Below, one piece after another: positions 25,202 through 36,502 of a stretch of DNA of 64,000 nt; position 1 is the first letter of the stretch; every line of letters begins with the position of its first letter. Source of the stretch: Gammaproteobacteria bacterium (GTDB taxonomy: Bacteria > Pseudomonadota > Gammaproteobacteria > JABABF01). The position numbers were made by a program, and so were the translations under genes. Below the pieces are notes generated by a model. That model did not search any database. It was not told the origin of the DNA and saw nothing but the letters and a program-made list of their open reading frames with translations. The stretch spans positions 160,001 through 224,000 of the forward strand of contig OZ250153.1 of the NCBI GenBank assembly GCA_965237805.1, read 5' to 3'.

Positions 25202-27909
25202 GCGCCGCTCTCGGCGATACGGCACAGCGCGGCACAGGCACAGTTCCGGCAGCTATTTTGATCACGCGGAGTCACCGCTGCCTCTCCGGCGGCAAATTGT
25301 GCTGCCAAGTCTCCCAGGGAATCCCGCCAACGCTGCAGCTGCTGCGTCCAGCTCAGCTGCTCTGGTGCTTGTGGTATCGGTGGGTTAGCCCAGCACTCCA
25401 CTGCACCACGCCAGCGCAGCTGGGCAGCGCGCAGCTCGGCGTAGGCCAAGCCGCGCACTGGTATGCCCTCCTCCTCCAAGGCCAATGCGTAGAGTGGCAA
25501 CTGGGGATTGCTGGGACGCTTTCCACCCCAGTGCCTTTGCAGAGTGCCCTCGTTGGCACCACTCTTGTAATCGATGATGAACAGGCTGGGTATGCCCTGT
25601 TTTGTCAGGGTATCGACACGATCCACGCGCAGGCTGAATGGCACGCCAGACAAGCGCAGCTCGCGCCGCACCTCGCGCAGCGTCACTTGGAAATCCTCCT
25701 CGCGGATCAGCTCGATCTCTTGCAGCCAGCGCATCAGCAGGGCGCGATTACGCTGCGTTTCCAAGTGCCAGAAACGCTGGCGCTCCGGGCTGCCCCAGCG
25801 CCGTTGATCGTTTTGTATTCCGAGCACTGCCGTCGCCACCGAGCTCGCGATCAGTGCCTCCAAGCTGTGCTGCTCGCACTGCTGCAAGCCGTCGCGATCA
25901 CCCAGCACACCCCACAGCTGCTCCAGTGCCGAGTGCAGCAGCTGGCCGCGCACGGCGTTGAACTGCCGCTGTGCCGCTGCCGCCGCGTCCGGCATCGCAC
26001 CGTGCTCGGCGCGCAGTCGGTGCCGGGCCAAGGCACGGAAGGGGCAATCGGACTGGTCGCTCAGCGCACGCCAGGCAAAGCTGCCCTCGGCCTCAGCCAG
26101 CGGTGCGGCTTGCGGCGTGGCGTATTCCTGGGCGTATGTGGCAGCCTTGCTCTGGCTTGTACACCAGCCGATCAGCTCCTTGTCAGGGGCGGTGGCCTGC
26201 GGTGTGGGCATGGCCGCCCATGTTCCAAACAGCACACTGGGGCGAGCGCTCTCGGCATCCTGCGCGCCTTCGGCATAGCTGATGACCAGCTTGTCTGCGG
26301 CGTTTAAAAAAGAATCGCTGAGGCAGCGGGCGTAGTCCAATTCGCGGTGACGATCGGCTCGTGGCATGCCGAGATTGGCCTGCAAGCTACGGGGCAACAG
26401 CGGGTTGGGTTGTTGTTGCAAGGGCCAGTGGGCATCATCCATCGAGCACAGCCACAGATGCGAAAAACGTAGCTGGTCGGCCTCCAATGCGCCCAGCACT
26501 TGTAGCCGTGCCGTGCCGCTACGGGGCTGGAACAGACAGCGTCTGCTGCTGCGGTGCAGCAGGGACAGCGCCTCGGTGCCAGACATCTCGGCGTGGACTT
26601 CATCGCCAGCGGCCAGTTCATCGAGTAACTCACCCCAGCGTCGCAGCAGCTGATACTCGCGGCTGTCCAAAGTGCCCATCGGCCAGCGACAGGCATCGAG
26701 CTGGTCTCGCCACGCCCGCACCCAAGCCGATATCGGGGCACGACGCTGTGGTGCCTTGCGCTGCATCTCAGCCAAGTGGCGACACAAGCCGAGGCCCGCC
26801 CGCTCATCGCTCAGCCCGCGCAGCTGGTGGGGGGCGATCATCTCGCCCAGCCACCGTGTGAGGCGCTCGGCCAGCAGTGTGCACTCGCCATCGTCTATGC
26901 CGAGTGAGAGCGTCGCTGACTGCAACAGGCTGCGCAGCTCCGTCGGTGCTAGGCCCGTCGTCACTAGGCGCAGCAGGGCGAGCGCTGGTGTGATGAGCGC
27001 CTCCCGCGACAGCACCGTGCCGAGCGAGAGGTTGAATGGTAGTTCCGCGCCGTCAGCGGACTCGAGCAAAGCGCCGGGATCGAGCACCTCCAACAGCGTG
27101 GTGCGCAGCTCGGCGCGTCGCTGGGCCAAATTTGGCACCACGATGGCGACGCTGTGCGCTGGATCATCGGCCAGCGCAGCGTGTGCCCAGCGCGCAGCAC
27201 AGCGCAGCTCCTCGCGGGCATCTTCACAGACGACCAACTGTGGCGGCGAGTGCCGCGGGCGCGGGGGTGCGCGCAGCTCGCGCAACGGCGCAGCAGCTTC
27301 GAGCAGTTGGCGGCGCAGCGGTGAGAGTTCGATGAATCCGAACAAGGCGATGGGCTCGCGGCGCGGCAGGCTGCCGTCGACAAAGGCCTCAAGCAGCAGC
27401 TGGGGCAGCGCGGCGCGGCTCTGCCAGCCGCGCTGGCGGCAATGCGCGACGAAGCGCTGTCGCCAGCGCAGGAAGGCCACGCTGTCAGCGCTGGCGGCAA
27501 ATGCAACGGCCTCGGCCGCATGCTCCGGCTGCAGCTGCCATTGCAGCAGCAGATCGTAGGCATCTCGCGCCGATTGCGCCGCCCGTTCGGGGTGCAGCAA
27601 GGCCGTGCCTGTCGCGTCGGTGTCGGCAGCGATGGCCGCCAGCCACAGCGTGAGTTCTTCGCCCTCGCTCAGCAGGCGAAGCGACAGTGCTGTCTCGCCG
27701 CCACGCCAGCGCAGCTCGCGCCACAGTGCGAGGCACCACGGTTGCAAGGCCTGCACCCGCGGCACACGCAATGCGCCCTTGCCATCGTCGCGCTCGCGCG
27801 CGGCGGCGGCGGCGTGCAGGGCATCCGCTAAGCGCTGGTTGGGTGTCAGCAGCTGCATGCCGTCCCGCAGTGCCTCTGACACGCAATCCAAGTCCAATAG
27901 GCTATTCAT
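25198..27909 (-). CDS. addB: AddB-like PD-(D/E)XK nuclease / DNA repair protein
   Basis: CPFRA, RVDRVD, IIDYKSG, PQLPLYA, C-terminal CRNC...LCR Fe-S ligands; ATGA overlap with addA. Confidence 0.82.
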   Translation of the reverse strand: MNSLLDLDCVSEALRDGMQLLTPNQRLADALHAAAAARERDDGKGALRVPRVQALQPWCLALWRELRWRGGETALSLRLLSEGEELTLWLAAIAADTDATGTALLHPERAAQSARDAYDLLLQWQLQPEHAAEAVAFAASADSVAFLRWRQRFVAHCRQRGWQSRAALPQLLLEAFVDGSLPRREPIALFGFIELSPLRRQLLEAAAPLRELRAPPRPRHSPPQLVVCEDAREELRCAARWAHAALADDPAHSVAIVVPNLAQRRAELRTTLLEVLDPGALLESADGAELPFNLSLGTVLSREALITPALALLRLVTTGLAPTELRSLLQSATLSLGIDDGECTLLAERLTRWLGEMIAPHQLRGLSDERAGLGLCRHLAEMQRKAPQRRAPISAWVRAWRDQLDACRWPMGTLDSREYQLLRRWGELLDELAAGDEVHAEMSGTEALSLLHRSSRRCLFQPRSGTARLQVLGALEADQLRFSHLWLCSMDDAHWPLQQQPNPLLPRSLQANLGMPRADRHRELDYARCLSDSFLNAADKLVISYAEGAQDAESARPSVLFGTWAAMPTPQATAPDKELIGWCTSQSKAATYAQEYATPQAAPLAEAEGSFAWRALSDQSDCPFRALARHRLRAEHGAMPDAAAAAQRQFNAVRGQLLHSALEQLWGVLGDRDGLQQCEQHSLEALIASSVATAVLGIQNDQRRWGSPERQRFWHLETQRNRALLMRWLQEIELIREEDFQVTLREVRRELRLSGVPFSLRVDRVDTLTKQGIPSLFIIDYKSGANEGTLQRHWGGKRPSNPQLPLYALALEEEGIPVRGLAYAELRAAQLRWRGAVECWANPPIPQAPEQLSWTQQLQRWRDSLGDLAAQFAAGEAAVTPRDQNSCRNCACAALCRIAESGA

Positions 27910-28027
27910 CTTCGGGCGGCGGTGGCTTCGGCGAGTTTAGTTTAACCATGGCTCAGCGCGGGCGTCGCAGTGCTGCGGGCGGCATTGCGATTTCGATGCC
28001 GAATGACGCTCGCCGCTTCGCATTGGC

Positions 28028-28033
28028 TATAAT
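28028..28033 (+). promoter_or_regulatory. -10 element upstream of DAHP synthase
   Basis: Perfect TATAAT 55 nt before ATG 28089. Confidence 0.5.
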
Positions 28034-28088
28034 TGTCGGCACAGCAAAATATGGTGCCGGCACGCAGTGGCGGTGCGATGGTTTTCCC

Positions 28089-29162
28089 ATGCCCAGTCAC
28101 AGCGACATTGAAGATTTACGCATCAGCGGCAAAAGGCGGCTGATCACGCCGCGTGCGCTGAAGCAGGCCTTGGCGGCCAGCGACGAGGTGCGTGCGCTTG
28201 TCGCCACCAGCCGCAAGCAGCTGCGGGCGATTTTTGACGGTCGCGACCAGCGCCTGTTTGTCGTCGTCGGCCCCTGCTCGATTCACGACCCCGAGGCGGC
28301 GTTGGAATATGCCCGGCGGCTCAGCCAGCTGAATGCGGAGATCGGAGATACCATCATGTTGCTGATGCGCGTGTATTTCGAAAAGCCGCGCACCACTACT
28401 GGTTGGAAAGGTTTGGTCAATGATCCTGATTTAGACGATTCTTTTCAGGTCGAAAAAGGCATCCACACGGCTCGCCAGCTGATGTTAGATATCACCGCAC
28501 TGGGCTTGCCGATGGCCACCGAGGCCTTGGATCCGATCATGCCGCAATATTTGCACGATTTGATCACTTGGTCGGCGATCGGTGCGCGCACCACCGAATC
28601 GCAGACACACCGCGAAATCGCCAGCGGCCTGTCTTCGCTGGTGGGTTTCAAGAACGGTACTGACGGCAGTCTGTCGGTGGCGATCAACGCGTTGTTGTCG
28701 GCGCGCCACCCGCATCGCTTCCTCGGTGTCGACGACGATGGCCGGGTAGCGGTGATCGAAACCACTGGCAATCCTTATGCGCATATTGTGTTGCGCGGTG
28801 GGCGCAGCGGGCCGAATTACAATGCCGACAGCATCCGCCGCTGCGAGGACGCTTTGCAAGCCATCAATGCATCGTGCAAAATTGTTGTCGACTGCAGTCA
28901 TGCCAATTCCGATAAGGACTATCACAAGCAACCGGCGGTATTCAAAAATTTGATCAAGCAGCGCTTGGCGGGCACTCAATCCATTGTCGGGGTCATGCTC
29001 GAGAGCCATCTGCACGCTGGGCGCCAAGATTTAAATGGTGATCTGAGCACCCTGCGTTTTGGCGTGTCGATCACCGATGCCTGCATCGATTGGGCGACCA
29101 CCGAGCTGTTGTTGCGCAATTCGGCGAAGCAATTGCGCGATCACATGACACGGCTCGGCTAG
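28089..29162 (+). CDS. 3-deoxy-7-phosphoheptulonate (DAHP) synthase, class I (AroF/G/H type)
   Basis: GPCSIHD, RVYFEKPRT.TGWKGL, IGARTTESQ.HR, GFKNGT, VDCSHANS, GVSITDAC. Confidence 0.96.
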   Translation: MPSHSDIEDLRISGKRRLITPRALKQALAASDEVRALVATSRKQLRAIFDGRDQRLFVVVGPCSIHDPEAALEYARRLSQLNAEIGDTIMLLMRVYFEKPRTTTGWKGLVNDPDLDDSFQVEKGIHTARQLMLDITALGLPMATEALDPIMPQYLHDLITWSAIGARTTESQTHREIASGLSSLVGFKNGTDGSLSVAINALLSARHPHRFLGVDDDGRVAVIETTGNPYAHIVLRGGRSGPNYNADSIRRCEDALQAINASCKIVVDCSHANSDKDYHKQPAVFKNLIKQRLAGTQSIVGVMLESHLHAGRQDLNGDLSTLRFGVSITDACIDWATTELLLRNSAKQLRDHMTRLG

Positions 29163-29181
29163 ATCGCTCAGCGGTAGCGGC

Positions 29182-30114
29182 ATGGCAGCTGCTGAGGCAG
29201 CGACTAAGATGCGGCATTTCCTCTATCTGATGCAGGGCGATGCAGCCTCGATCGAGGCTTATGCCCATCTCGCCGAGCGGGAGCACGCCGATGCCATTTT
29301 CCTGACTTATGACAAGCCATTGGAAGGTGCCCTCTTTGCCCCGGAGACCCGCTGGGGTGAAGGGAGGAACAGACTGCTCGAAGCGGCTTTGGAAAAATCA
29401 GACTATCTGTATTATATTTTCTGTGACAACGATATAGAATTTGAGCGCGGCAGTTGGGATCTCTTCGAGCAACAGCTGTTGCGCTATCGCCCGGCCATCG
29501 CCGTGCCGATGGTCATCCCCAAAACTGCCCCCCTCGCTATCCGTTGGCTTAATTACCAAGCCTGTCTTCTCAATGACGAACAGCTGATCGCCGTTCACCG
29601 TCAAGTGGTCGAGGATCGCATCGCGGTACCATATCAAGAACAATTTGATAGGTATCATTATTGGAGTACTGGCTTGAGCCAACAAATTATCTTGAAAAAT
29701 ATTTACTTCTACGATTTTATACAATTCAATACGGTTTCAGTCAGCAATGAAGCCGAGAGTAGTCATCGTGGCACGCGGGAACAGGCCGTACTGGCCAAGT
29801 CAAAAGCCAGAGAGTGGCTCGGCACCGAATTCAAACGCGCTTATAAATCGGATTGGGAGCATATCCTATACATGCCCCCTTGCTTAGTACGCTGGAGGAG
29901 ACATCTCTTCCAGTTGCGGCGGCGTTGGTACTTTCAGGTGGTAGCCCTATGGCATACGGCGGTGATACGCTTGCGTCGTCTGTTCGGTATCGGCTCAGAC
30001 CACGCCCTAGACGAGCGCAAGCTGAGGCGATTATTGACTCCGGACTCGAAGCTGTTGCGGCAATATTTGCAGTCCGACCCGGCGGGTGGCGATAGCGCTG
30101 GCGATCAGCTGTAA
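29182..30114 (+). CDS. Hypothetical protein, putative GT-A fold glycosyltransferase
   Basis: GRNRLL followed by YYIFCDND (hydrophobic strand plus DxD); AT-richer than its neighbours; alternative start ATG 29209. Confidence 0.6.
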   Translation: MAAAEAATKMRHFLYLMQGDAASIEAYAHLAEREHADAIFLTYDKPLEGALFAPETRWGEGRNRLLEAALEKSDYLYYIFCDNDIEFERGSWDLFEQQLLRYRPAIAVPMVIPKTAPLAIRWLNYQACLLNDEQLIAVHRQVVEDRIAVPYQEQFDRYHYWSTGLSQQIILKNIYFYDFIQFNTVSVSNEAESSHRGTREQAVLAKSKAREWLGTEFKRAYKSDWEHILYMPPCLVRWRRHLFQLRRRWYFQVVALWHTAVIRLRRLFGIGSDHALDERKLRRLLTPDSKLLRQYLQSDPAGGDSAGDQL

Positions 30115-30689
30115 TAGGCTTGGCTGCGGTCGCTGTGGTCGGTCACATCCCGTACGCCGCCCAGTTCTGGAAGTTTTTCCATCATCATTTTTTCGACACC
30201 GTCTTTGAGTGTCACATCGACCATGCCACAACCTTGGCAGCCACCGCCAAAGCGTAACACGGCGATTTGGTCATCGGTGAGCTCGACCAGTGATACCATG
30301 CCGCCATGCTGTGCCAAGTTGGGGTTGATTTCCGTTTGCAGCAGATAGTTGATGCGATCTGGCAGTGGGCTGTCGTCGTCGATGCGCGGTAATTTGGAGT
30401 TGGGTGCCCGGATGGTCAGCTGGCCGCCCATGCGGTCGCTGAGGAAATCAACGCTGGCTTCGGCCAAAAAAGGCATACTGCGTCGATCAAACCAAACGAT
30501 GAAATCTGCATATTCTTGCTGCTCGTCGTCCTCGCTCTTATCCTCGGTGCGACAGTAGGCGATGCAGGTTTCGGCTTGTGGCGTACCGGGGTCGTTGACG
30601 AATATGCGGATACCGATGACCGCATCGTCCTGTTGCTTGTCCAGCAGATCATGCAGATATTGCTGCGCTTCCGCGCTGATTGAGACCAT
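30105..30689 (-). CDS. nfuA: Fe-S biogenesis protein NfuA
   Basis: [45 protein letters not shown]. Confidence 0.96.
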   Translation of the reverse strand: MVSISAEAQQYLHDLLDKQQDDAVIGIRIFVNDPGTPQAETCIAYCRTEDKSEDDEQQEYADFIVWFDRRSMPFLAEASVDFLSDRMGGQLTIRAPNSKLPRIDDDSPLPDRINYLLQTEINPNLAQHGGMVSLVELTDDQIAVLRFGGGCQGCGMVDVTLKDGVEKMMMEKLPELGGVRDVTDHSDRSQAYYS

Positions 30690-30778
30690 GGCACAAGCTC
30701 CGCAAGCGCATAGCGACTGGATACATATATAGTACCTCAAACAGGCGCTCTGTCCACAGTGTACGGCGAGAACTACGG

Positions 30779-33700
30779 ATGCCCTCTATTCTGGCCAGTA
30801 GCGAGGCGTTGCGAGGCGCGATGGCGCAACGCATTCTGCTCATCGATGGTGCCATGGGCACGATGCTACAACGCCATCAGCTCGGTGAGGCCGATTTTCG
30901 CGGTCAGCGCTTCGCCGACCATCCCGTAGATCTGCGCGGCAACAATGATTTGCTGAGTTTGACGCAGGCGGATTTGGTCAGCGAGCTGCACCGTCAGTAC
31001 TGCGAGGCAGGTGCCGACATCATTTGCACCAACAGCTTCAATGCCAATGCCATCTCTCAATCCGATTACGGACTGGAGAATTTGGTGGGCGAGTTGAATC
31101 GCGAGAGCGCCCGCCTCGCCCGCACAGTCGCCGACGAATTTTGCCGCGCTTCGCCGCAGCGTCCGCGCTTCGTCGCCGGTGTGCTCGGCCCCACCAATCG
31201 CACCGCCAGCCTGTCGCCCAAAGTCGAGGATCCGGCCGCTCGCAATGTAGATTTTGAGACCCTGCGTGCAGCCTATTCCGAGGCCGCCCATGCCTTGGTC
31301 GAGGGTGGTGCCGATCTATTTTTGGTGGAGACGGTGTTTGACACGCTCAATGCCAAGGCCGCCCTCTTCGCCCTGCTCGAATACCGTGAGAGCAGTGGCC
31401 GCGACTGGCCGATCATGGTCTCGGTGGCGATTACCGACAACAGTGGCCGCACGCTTTCCGGGCAGACCATCGAGGCCTGTTGGCACTCGCTGCGCCATGC
31501 CGAGCCACTGGCAGTGGGACTCAACTGCTCGCTGGGTGGGAAACAGCTCAGACCACATATCGAGTCCTTGTCGCGCTGTGCTGACACCGCGGTCAGCATG
31601 CACCCGAATGCCGGCCTGCCCAATGCCTTCGGCGGCTATGACGAGACCCCAGAGCAGAGTGCGGCCATCCTTGGCGAAATCGCCGCCGATGGTTATTTGA
31701 ATATGGTTGGTGGCTGTTGTGGCACGACACCTGCGCACATCGCCGCCATCGCCGAGGCCGTCGCCGGGTGCCCTCCCCGCCATTGGCAGGCAGACACGGT
31801 ACCCAGCTGCCGCCTCAGCGGCTTGGAGCCGGTGCGTATCGACGCGCGTGGCGGCAGTTTTGTCAACATTGGCGAGCGCGGCAATATCACCGGATCTGCC
31901 CAATTTGCCGCATTGATCCGAGCTGAGGATTACAGCGGCGCGTTGTCGGTGGTACAGCAGCAAGTCGAGGCCGGAGCGCAGATCATCGACATCAATATGG
32001 ATGAGGGTCTGCTCGATTCCGTCGCCATCATGGGGCATTTTTTGCGCCTGATCGCCTCCGAGCCGGATATCAGCCGTGTGCCGATCATGATCGACTCCTC
32101 ACGCTGGGAGGTCATCGAAGCTGGCTTGGCCTGTGTGCAGGGGAAATCAATCGTCAACTCCATCAGCCTCAAAGATGGCGAGCCGCTATTTTTGGAGCGC
32201 GCCGCCCAGTGTCGACGCCACGGTGCCGCCGTCGTCGTCATGGCCTTCGATGAAAATGGGCAGGCAGATAATTTGGAGCGCCGCATCGAGATCTGCACGC
32301 GCAGTTATCGCTTGCTCACCGAGTGCGCCGCCCTCGCACCGTCGGATATCATCCTCGACCCCAATATCTTGACCGTCGCCACCGGCCTCTCCGAGCACGC
32401 CAACAACGCGGTCGATTTCATCGAATGCTGTCGTTGGATCAAGCGCGAGTTACCCGGTGTGCTGGTTTCCGGTGGACTCAGCAACATCTCCTTTTCGTTT
32501 CGCGGCAACAATCAGATACGCGAGGCGATCAATGCCGTATTCCTCTATCACGCCATCGCCGCCGGACTCGACATGGCCATTGTCAACGCCGGTCAACTGG
32601 CGATCTATGACGAGATCCCTGTGCCTTTGCGCGATGCGGTCGAAGATGTCTTGCTCAACCGGCGTCCCGATGCTACCGATCGCTTGTTGGCATTGACCCC
32701 GCGCTATGCTGGCGACAGCGTGGCGACGCGCACCGTGGAGGATTTGTCGTGGCGCGAGCAGGCGGTGACCGAGCGGCTTCGGCACGCACTGGTCAATGGT
32801 ATCGATCGCTATGCCGAGGAAGATGCGCTGGCGGCGTTGGCCGAATTGAAACGGCCGATCAAAGTGATCGAAGGGCCGCTGATGGATGGCATGAATGTGG
32901 TGGGCGATCTATTCGGCGCTGGCAAAATGTTCTTGCCGCAAGTGGTCAAGAGCGCACGTGTGATGAAGCGCGCCGTGACCGTGCTGACCCCTTATTTGGA
33001 GCGCGAGAAAAACACTGGTGCCTCGAGTCAAGGCCGCCTTGTGATCGCCACGGTCAAAGGCGATGTACACGATATCGGAAAAAATATCGTGCGCGTCATT
33101 TTGGAGTGCAACAACTACCTTATCGAAGATCTGGGGATCATGGTGCCCAAGGAAAAGATTCTCGATGCCGCGCAGCAGATGAGCGATGGTCAGCCAGCCG
33201 ACATTGTCGGGCTCAGCGGGCTGATCACACCATCCTTAGACGAGATGGTGCTGGTGGCTGAGGAGATGCAGCGGCGCGGCATGTCGCAACCGCTGTTGAT
33301 CGGTGGTGCCACCACTTCCAAAGCACACACCGCAGTCAAAATCGCGCCGCACTATGACCAGCCGACTGTCTATGTGCCAGATGCCTCCCGTGCCGTGGCG
33401 GTGGTCTCCCAGCTGCTCAGCAGCGCTCAGCGCGGGGATTTCATGGCGCGGCTAGATCAGGAGTACGGCGCGATCCAGCATCGGTTCAGCGGCGGCAAGG
33501 CCGCCAAACAGCTGTGGCCGCTGGCCGAGGCGCAGCGGCGGGCGGCATCGCTGGATTGGTCGGGCTACCGACCGCCCACCCCAGCCGCTCTGGGCATCAC
33601 CGAATTGCTGGACTATCCGCTGGAGCGCTTGCCGCCGACCATCGACTGGACGCCTTTCTTCGTCGGCTGGGGTATCGCTGGACGATATCCCCAAGTCTTG

Positions 33701-34513
33701 GCTGATGACTCTCCTCAAGGTCAGGCCGCACGCGAGCTATTCGCCGATAGCAGCGCTATGTTGCAACGCGTGCTCGAAACGCGGCGCCTGCGTGCCGATG
33801 GCGTGCTCGGCCTGTGGCCCGCCGCCCGCTCAGGCAGCGACGATATCCGCATTTATGCCGATGCCAAGCGCGGCGAGACGCTCGCCACCTTGCCCTGCCT
33901 GCGTCGCCAAGCGAGGCGTCAAGATGATAAGCCGATGTACTGCCTCGCCGATTTCATCGCCCCTGAAGCGGGCCCCGCCGACCATCTCGGCGGCTTCGCC
34001 CTCAGCATTGGCGGTGCCGACGCTTGGGCCGATGAGTTGGACAGCAGCGGTGACAACTACAGCAGCATCTTGCTCAAATCCATCGCCACCCGTATGGCGG
34101 AAGCCTTCGCCGAGCATCTGCACCTGCGCGTGCGGCGAGAGTTTTGGGGCTACAGCCCGCAGGAGACAGTGCCCGCACGCGACGACGATGAGCACAGTTT
34201 GCGGCTACTCGGAGAAGGCTACCGTGGTATCCGCCCGGCACCGGGTTATCCGGCCTGTCCGCAGCACTCGGACAAGCGACTGCTCTTCGATCTGCTCGGA
34301 GCCGAGCGGCGCAGCGCCGTGCGGCTGAGCGAGAATTGGGCGATGCTGCCAGCCGCCTCAGTCAGCGGCTGGTATTTTTCCCACCCCGACTCTTTTTATG
34401 CCGCCATCGGCAAAATCGATCGCGAGCAAGTGCAGAGCTTGGCTCGGCGGCAAGGAGTCGCTCCGGAACAGGTCGAGCGCGGCATGCCCGCCAATCTGAA
34501 CTACGATCCCTGA
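30779..34513 (+). CDS. metH: Cobalamin-dependent methionine synthase
   Basis: [59 protein letters not shown]. Confidence 0.97.
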   Translation: MPSILASSEALRGAMAQRILLIDGAMGTMLQRHQLGEADFRGQRFADHPVDLRGNNDLLSLTQADLVSELHRQYCEAGADIICTNSFNANAISQSDYGLENLVGELNRESARLARTVADEFCRASPQRPRFVAGVLGPTNRTASLSPKVEDPAARNVDFETLRAAYSEAAHALVEGGADLFLVETVFDTLNAKAALFALLEYRESSGRDWPIMVSVAITDNSGRTLSGQTIEACWHSLRHAEPLAVGLNCSLGGKQLRPHIESLSRCADTAVSMHPNAGLPNAFGGYDETPEQSAAILGEIAADGYLNMVGGCCGTTPAHIAAIAEAVAGCPPRHWQADTVPSCRLSGLEPVRIDARGGSFVNIGERGNITGSAQFAALIRAEDYSGALSVVQQQVEAGAQIIDINMDEGLLDSVAIMGHFLRLIASEPDISRVPIMIDSSRWEVIEAGLACVQGKSIVNSISLKDGEPLFLERAAQCRRHGAAVVVMAFDENGQADNLERRIEICTRSYRLLTECAALAPSDIILDPNILTVATGLSEHANNAVDFIECCRWIKRELPGVLVSGGLSNISFSFRGNNQIREAINAVFLYHAIAAGLDMAIVNAGQLAIYDEIPVPLRDAVEDVLLNRRPDATDRLLALTPRYAGDSVATRTVEDLSWREQAVTERLRHALVNGIDRYAEEDALAALAELKRPIKVIEGPLMDGMNVVGDLFGAGKMFLPQVVKSARVMKRAVTVLTPYLEREKNTGASSQGRLVIATVKGDVHDIGKNIVRVILECNNYLIEDLGIMVPKEKILDAAQQMSDGQPADIVGLSGLITPSLDEMVLVAEEMQRRGMSQPLLIGGATTSKAHTAVKIAPHYDQPTVYVPDASRAVAVVSQLLSSAQRGDFMARLDQEYGAIQHRFSGGKAAKQLWPLAEAQRRAASLDWSGYRPPTPAALGITELLDYPLERLPPTIDWTPFFVGWGIAGRYPQVLADDSPQGQAARELFADSSAMLQRVLETRRLRADGVLGLWPAARSGSDDIRIYADAKRGETLATLPCLRRQARRQDDKPMYCLADFIAPEAGPADHLGGFALSIGGADAWADELDSSGDNYSSILLKSIATRMAEAFAEHLHLRVRREFWGYSPQETVPARDDDEHSLRLLGEGYRGIRPAPGYPACPQHSDKRLLFDLLGAERRSAVRLSENWAMLPAASVSGWYFSHPDSFYAAIGKIDREQVQSLARRQGVAPEQVERGMPANLNYDP

Positions 34514-34535
34514 GCGGGTGCGACTGGTGTTGGCT

Positions 34536-34649
34536 TTATTGCCCGTTGACCCAGAACCAGGCGCAGCTGGTGACGATCAAGACCAGCGCCAACAGCGCCC
34601 AAGCATCGGCTCGGCTATTCCCGACCGCTGATGATTTGTGCTCGTTCAT
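34536..34649 (-). CDS. Small membrane protein (37 aa)
   Basis: AGGA RBS; MNEHKSSAVGNSRADAWALLALVLIVTSCAWFWVNGQ has a single TM helix. Confidence 0.6.
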   Translation of the reverse strand: MNEHKSSAVGNSRADAWALLALVLIVTSCAWFWVNGQ

Positions 34650-34819
34650 TTTTGTTCCTGTCCAACGCTTGAGTCCGCAATGGTGATACAACGCAGATTG
34701 TAACCGGGGGTGCGCGCAAGCCAGCTGCAAAGCCTGATGGTGCACGGGGGTTGTGTTAAAATTCCAAGCGATTGTGAGCGTTCTCGCAGCCACTGCCATT
34801 ATTCGCGAAAAGACCGGCC

Positions 34820-36502
34820 ATGTACCAGTACACCGCAGCAGAGCAGAGTTTGCTCGCCGACCGCGTCGCCCAGTTCCGAGGCCAGCTGCAGCGCTATTTG
34901 GCCGCTCAGCTCAGCGATGAGGAATTTCTGCCACTACGCTTGCAAAACGGGCTCTATATTCAGCGCTTGGCACCGATGCTACGTATCTCCATTCCCTACG
35001 GTCTGTTATCGTCGCGGCAATTGCGAGCGCTGGCCGCCATCGCCCGGGATTTTGACAAAGGCTATGGGCATATCAGCACCCGCCAAAACATCCAATTCAA
35101 TTGGCCCGCCTTGGAGGATGTGCCGGATATCCTCGAGTGCCTCGCCGCGGTGGAGATGCACGCGATACAGACCAGTGGCAACTGTGTGCGCAATATCAGC
35201 TGCGACCCACGTGCTGGCGCTTCAGCGGACGAAATTGAGGATCCGCGCCCGTGGTGCGAGCTGATCCGCCAGTGGGCCTGTCTCCATCCTGAATTCGCTT
35301 TTCTGCCACGTAAGTTCAAGATCGCGGTCAATGGGGCTGCCAGTGATCGCGCCGCTATTGCTGTGCACGACATCGGCCTGTGGCTGCAACATGGTCCCGA
35401 TGGCGAGATCGGCTTCGGCGTCATCGTTGGTGGTGGCCTCGGTCGTACGCCAGTCGTTGGCCCGGTGATTCGGAAGTTCCTGCCGTGGCCTCATCTGCTC
35501 AGCTATTTGGAAGCGATTTTGCGAGTCTACAACCTGCTCGGCAGGCGCGATAACAAATACAAGGCGCGCATCAAGATCTTGGTACGGGCGCTTGGGCACG
35601 AGGAATTTACGCGTCGCGTCGAAGCCGAGTGGGGGGCTCTGCGTATCGAGCAGCCAGAATTGGAGCTGAACGAGGCTCAGCTGGCTCGCATGCGTGCCAG
35701 CTTCGCCGCCGTACCTTTGGCAACGCCCAGCCACAAGGCGGATGAAATCGCCAGTTTGCTGGACAGCGAGTGCCTCGCCGCGCCCGCTTTCAAGCGCTGG
35801 CTAGAGCGCAATACAGCGCCTCACCGTTCGCCCGCCCATGCCATCGTCACGGTCGCGCTCAAAAGCACTGGCATGCCGCCAGGCGACATCGGCGAGGAGC
35901 AGATGGATGTGGTGGCGGAGCTGGCAGATCGCTACGCCAATGGCGAAATCCGCACCACTCACGAGCAGAACCTGTTGCTCTGCGGGGTGTCGCGCGAGCA
36001 GCTGCCGACCCTGTGGCGCGCCTTGGCTGCAGCCGATTTGGCCTCTCCCAATGCCGACACCATCAACGATAGTATCTGCTGCCCCGGCGGCGATTACTGC
36101 TCGCTGGCCAACACCCGCTCTATCCCGCTGGCCGAGGCGCTGCAACGGCGCTTCGAGGCCTTGGACTATTTCGAAGACTTAGGCCCCATCGACCTCAACA
36201 TCTCCGGTTGCATGAATGCCTGCGGACACCACCATGTCGGCCATATCGGCATTCTCGGTGTCGATAAGAATGGGCAGGAGTGCTACCAGATATTGCTGGG
36301 TGGCAACGCTGGTTATGGACACTCGGCCTCGCTGGGCACCATTCTCGGCCCCTCAATGGAGGCTGATCAAACGGTGGAGGCAGTGGTCAATTTACTACAG
36401 CACTATGTTGCCGAACGCCGTGAAGAGGAGCAATTCTTAGATACGGTACGGCGCTTGGGAGTTGAGCCTTTCCGTGCACGGGTCTATGCCGCAGCTCATT
36501 AA
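34820..36502 (+). CDS. cysI: Sulfite/nitrite reductase hemoprotein (CysI-type)
   Basis: LRLQNGLY, STRQNIQ, LPRKFKIA, CPGGDYC and SGCMNAC ligands. Confidence 0.92.
   Translation: MYQYTAAEQSLLADRVAQFRGQLQRYLAAQLSDEEFLPLRLQNGLYIQRLAPMLRISIPYGLLSSRQLRALAAIARDFDKGYGHISTRQNIQFNWPALEDVPDILECLAAVEMHAIQTSGNCVRNISCDPRAGASADEIEDPRPWCELIRQWACLHPEFAFLPRKFKIAVNGAASDRAAIAVHDIGLWLQHGPDGEIGFGVIVGGGLGRTPVVGPVIRKFLPWPHLLSYLEAILRVYNLLGRRDNKYKARIKILVRALGHEEFTRRVEAEWGALRIEQPELELNEAQLARMRASFAAVPLATPSHKADEIASLLDSECLAAPAFKRWLERNTAPHRSPAHAIVTVALKSTGMPPGDIGEEQMDVVAELADRYANGEIRTTHEQNLLLCGVSREQLPTLWRALAAADLASPNADTINDSICCPGGDYCSLANTRSIPLAEALQRRFEALDYFEDLGPIDLNISGCMNACGHHHVGHIGILGVDKNGQECYQILLGGNAGYGHSASLGTILGPSMEADQTVEAVVNLLQHYVAERREEEQFLDTVRRLGVEPFRARVYAAAH

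Noticed and set aside
27958-28013. Branched hairpin between addB and DAHP synthase
   Set aside because: Short GC-rich stems are expected by chance, and it lies between divergent promoters, so it is probably not transcribed; no attenuator leader peptide seen.
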